From positions 21,548-85,547 of the forward strand of contig MEPB01000048.1 in the NCBI GenBank assembly GCA_001769385.1: a DNA stretch of 64,000 bases, given 5' to 3'. This DNA comes from Bacteroidetes bacterium RIFCSPLOWO2_12_FULL_35_15. GTDB lineage: Bacteria; Bacteroidota; Bacteroidia; 2-12-FULL-35-15. The notes under the pieces are model-generated. The model did not search any database and was not told the DNA's origin. It saw only the letters and a list, made by a program, of their open reading frames with translations. Below, in pieces: positions 61,258 through 64,000 of this stretch (its first letter is position 1; each line of letters opens with the position of its first letter). The translations under genes and the position numbers were made by a program.

Positions 61258-62721
61258 ATGAAACAATTTTTATTAAAAGAAAAAATTCCTGCCATTACCT
61301 GGATCATTTATCTGATCATCACATTTATTGCGGTTTTTTTTCATGAAGCAAATAGGGATGAGGCACAGGCCTGGCTTATTGTAAGGGATCTGAACATTGG
61401 AGAAATATTTTCGCAACTCAATGTAAAAGGACATCCGGGTTTATGGTATCTGATCCTGCTTCCATTTGCAAAATTAGGATTTCCATACATTACAATGCAC
61501 CTGATCCATTGGTTAATTATGTCAATTGCAGTTGGAATATTTTTATATAAAGCACCATTAAATTTTTATACAAAACTGTGCTTTGTTTTCTCGTATTATA
61601 TAGTATTTGAATATACTATTATTGCCAGAAACTATGGATTAACTGTTTTAATTTTATTCCTGATCGCAGCTTTTTATAAATACCGATTTACTTCTCCCTA
61701 TAAATATGCGCTATTAGTTTTATTATTATTGAATTGTAATGTTCATTCCATTGGTGCGGGTATCGCTTTGTTAATAGTATATATAGCCGAAGTAAAAAAA
61801 GAAGGTCTGATAAGTAAATTAAAATTCCCGATCATAATTATAGTTGCAGGTTTCTTCGCAGCAATTATTCAATTGATCCCATCAGCACATTTATCACATG
61901 ATGTAACTATACATGCTGATTATCTCCCTCTTCTGAATATAAATTCCATTTGGGTCACAACCACCGGTATTCAAAATGCATTTATTCCAATAACACCTGA
62001 ATACGAGGAATTAAAAGTTGCTTTGTTTTTTACTTTTGTTTTCGTTCTCTTCTTATTTAATTTCTATAAAACAAAACAGATTTTTACCTTTTTACTTATT
62101 TCCAGTTTGTGGTTGTTTTACATATTCTCTACAAAGCTGTCCGGCTCCTGGAGACATGAAGGACTATTACTCATTTTTATTGTTTTTTCAATATGGATCA
62201 ATTCCTATTATCAGAACAATAATAAGCCGGAAGAGATACGATCTAAAATAGATAATTTTTTAAAAATATTTTTAACATTGGCTCTTTGTATCAATACCAT
62301 ATTTGGCTTAAGTACTATAAAAAAAGAAATTCAGAATAATTTTTCCGGAACAAAAGAACTCTCCGAATTCATTATTCAAAATCACCTGGAAAATAATGAT
62401 ATTGCTTGTTATCGTTCCTGGAGAGCATCAGGCATATCTCCTTATTTACCTAAAACTCATTTATGGTTTATCGACAGGCAGGAGTATGGAACCTATTTTA
62501 TTTTGGATTCGATATTCCAAAAAAAAGGCGATGCATTAACGGAGGAAGAGGTCTTATCAATCACAAAAAGTAAATATAAGGAAGTGTTACTATTATTGAA
62601 TGAACCATTATTAAAGGGGAACGACAATAGTTTTAATTCTGTTTTATTATTTAATACTAAAAAAATGAATTGGGGAACTGACGATGAGATCTTTTATTTA
62701 TACAAAATAAAGTTCGACTAA
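61258..62721 (+). CDS. Polytopic membrane protein, possibly ArnT/PMT-like (GT-C) glycosyltransferase
   Basis: 487 aa with ~11 predicted TM helices and an N-terminal acidic loop (HEANRDEAQAW). Weak family assignment. Confidence 0.35.
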   Translation: MKQFLLKEKIPAITWIIYLIITFIAVFFHEANRDEAQAWLIVRDLNIGEIFSQLNVKGHPGLWYLILLPFAKLGFPYITMHLIHWLIMSIAVGIFLYKAPLNFYTKLCFVFSYYIVFEYTIIARNYGLTVLILFLIAAFYKYRFTSPYKYALLVLLLLNCNVHSIGAGIALLIVYIAEVKKEGLISKLKFPIIIIVAGFFAAIIQLIPSAHLSHDVTIHADYLPLLNINSIWVTTTGIQNAFIPITPEYEELKVALFFTFVFVLFLFNFYKTKQIFTFLLISSLWLFYIFSTKLSGSWRHEGLLLIFIVFSIWINSYYQNNNKPEEIRSKIDNFLKIFLTLALCINTIFGLSTIKKEIQNNFSGTKELSEFIIQNHLENNDIACYRSWRASGISPYLPKTHLWFIDRQEYGTYFILDSIFQKKGDALTEEEVLSITKSKYKEVLLLLNEPLLKGNDNSFNSVLLFNTKKMNWGTDDEIFYLYKIKFD

Positions 62722-62761
62722 GGGGCTGTTTAATATTTCAATTGCATAAATTGTATGATCT

Positions 62762-62790
62762 GTCATTTCGAACGTAGAGAGAAATCTCAT
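62762..62790. repeat. REP/MITE-like half-element
   Basis: gtcatttcgaacgtagagagaaatctcat. Confidence 0.6.
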
Positions 62791-62973
62791 TTTATGATAA
62801 TTACATTGAGAATCTTTCGGACTTTATCCTGAGCAAAGTTGAAGGGTTCAACATGACAGGATGGTTACAATAAACTTGATATAGATCTTGCTTCTTATTC
62901 AAATGGATTTTATTTGTATAAAATATTTGTAATACCATTTGCCATTATAAAATGGTCTAATTTGAATTGCCGG

Positions 62974-63041
62974 GCACGTTTCTCGACTCCGTTCGAAATG
63001 ACTAGCGCGCAGTCATTTCGAGCGGAGTCGAGAAAGTGTGC
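62974..63041. repeat. REP/MITE-like hairpin element (near-perfect palindrome)
   Basis: gcacgtttctcgactccgttcgaaatgact, then the spacer agcgcgc, then agtcatttcgagcggagtcgagaaagtgtgc. Confidence 0.7.
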
Positions 63042-63201
63042 AGGAGAAAATTTTGGACTATAATATATTTAGAATTAGTATAAATGGAGAACTCACAGAT
63101 TATAAAAAATTGGTTATTAGTAAATAGGTTTAATTACAAGGCGCTTTAAAAATCTAAAAATGGAAAGTTTTACTAAAATATTAAAAAGCTTCTAAAACAT
63201 A

Positions 63202-64000
63202 TTATCTCATCAGATACATTTTGCCCCAGCCTTTTTTGAAATATTGATCCGCATCTGTCTGGCGCTTCTCAATGTCTTCACCATTCAATTTTGTAATTAC
63301 CCGGTAAAGGTAAACACCATTGGCTAGCCGATCTCCAAACTCATCTCTTCCATCCCAGGCGTAATCTGTAATATTTCTACCCACATGTATGGCACCAATT
63401 TCATCCTGAAAAATTTCACGAACTACTTTTCCGGTGATGGTCATAATTTGTATCTTAAAATTGCTTGGCTGTTCCGAGCCTGTTAATGTAAATACAAAAT
63501 GGGTAGCTGTTGAAAACGGATTAGGATAATTCATCACCTCGGTAATGCTTGCTTTATTTATTATTTCGAAACTGATCTTATAATCTATAGCTCCTGATTG
63601 ATTACCTGATTTATCCTTCGCCTGAACAATTAATTGATACGTTCCATCTTGTGAATAGGCAGGAGTATAATTTATTTTACAACTGTTATTAGGTAATACC
63701 GCAGGGATGAACGTTAAGATAGTACTAAAATAAATACGTTGTGCAACGCTATTTGAAGGAGTTTGTATAAAAAGTTTAAAATCGCTGGTGTCGTTCAATG
63801 CTAAAAATTGATTTTCATCTTTTAGCTTTATTAAAATATTTGGTTTTGCAGATACGATATCATTATTCAAAATATGTACTCCGTCAAAGGTAACATCTAA
63901 CAAAGGATTGATCTTATCAGCGGCAACATTAAATGGAATCCGGATAATGTTATTAAAATGATATTGTTCCAGTTGCGAACGTGTTTGATTGATTGGATTT
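63202..64000 (-). CDS. Partial CDS (C-terminal part, N-terminus beyond window end): secreted protein with T9SS type-A C-terminal sorting domain
   Basis: The C-terminus YPNPFSTATHFVFTL...GVYLYRVIT is Por-secretion-tail-like. The reading frame stays open to the window edge. Confidence 0.55.
   Translation of the reverse strand, partial: NPINQTRSQLEQYHFNNIIRIPFNVAADKINPLLDVTFDGVHILNNDIVSAKPNILIKLKDENQFLALNDTSDFKLFIQTPSNSVAQRIYFSTILTFIPAVLPNNSCKINYTPAYSQDGTYQLIVQAKDKSGNQSGAIDYKISFEIINKASITEVMNYPNPFSTATHFVFTLTGSEQPSNFKIQIMTITGKVVREIFQDEIGAIHVGRNITDYAWDGRDEFGDRLANGVYLYRVITKLNGEDIEKRQTDADQYFKKGWGKMYLMR

Noticed and set aside
1-64000. tRNA, rRNA, tmRNA or RNase P genes
   Set aside because: No cloverleaf-compatible segments or rRNA-like GC-rich conserved blocks were seen in any intergenic region. 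Intergenic DNA is AT-rich with hairpin repeats only.

Overview
Low-GC (~35%) Bacteroidota-type chromosomal segment, with gliding/T9SS-style C-terminal sorting domains on many secreted proteins. The housekeeping backbone is a partial dihydroorotase-like gene, M28 peptidase, TolB-like protein, a GT2 glycosyltransferase, acs, proC, an asnC-asnA-like divergent pair, two amidohydrolases, hflX, a MOSC protein, an L,D-transpeptidase, pdxA, the yceD-rpmF-plsX-fabH and accB-accC clusters, a TPR sensor kinase, hemH and lnt. Several accessory and repeat-rich stretches interrupt it.

- Two tandem arrays of a ~92-99 bp repeat family (core tatggtacgcagat) lie at 7.65-8.54 kb and 12.86-13.31 kb. Each ends in an inverted partial copy, and the second encloses a GxxExxY (PD-(D/E)XK-like) gene.
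- A dispersed REP/MITE-like hairpin family (gtcatttcgaNcg...gagaaatctc) is present at six loci.
- A frameshifted IS200-like/RAYT HUH transposase is read through into a PKD + T9SS-CTD tail, inside a 21.6-29.4 kb island of T9SS cargo and tail-fibre-like genes.
- A 7.7 kb SprB-like repeat adhesin has near-identical internal tandem repeats and is followed by its cognate sprF/porP.
- The 3' end of sprF and its downstream hairpin region are directly duplicated (2.3 copies).
- A frameshifted C-type-lectin/PKD/type-B-CTD protein is present.
- A secreted c-type-cytochrome-motif protein carries a T9SS CTD.
- lnt contains a 7-bp x6 tandem repeat.
- A MITE-like inverted repeat lies between hemH and lnt.

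No rRNA, tRNA or CRISPR array was found. All calls are from reading the sequence and ORF translations; no database searches were run.
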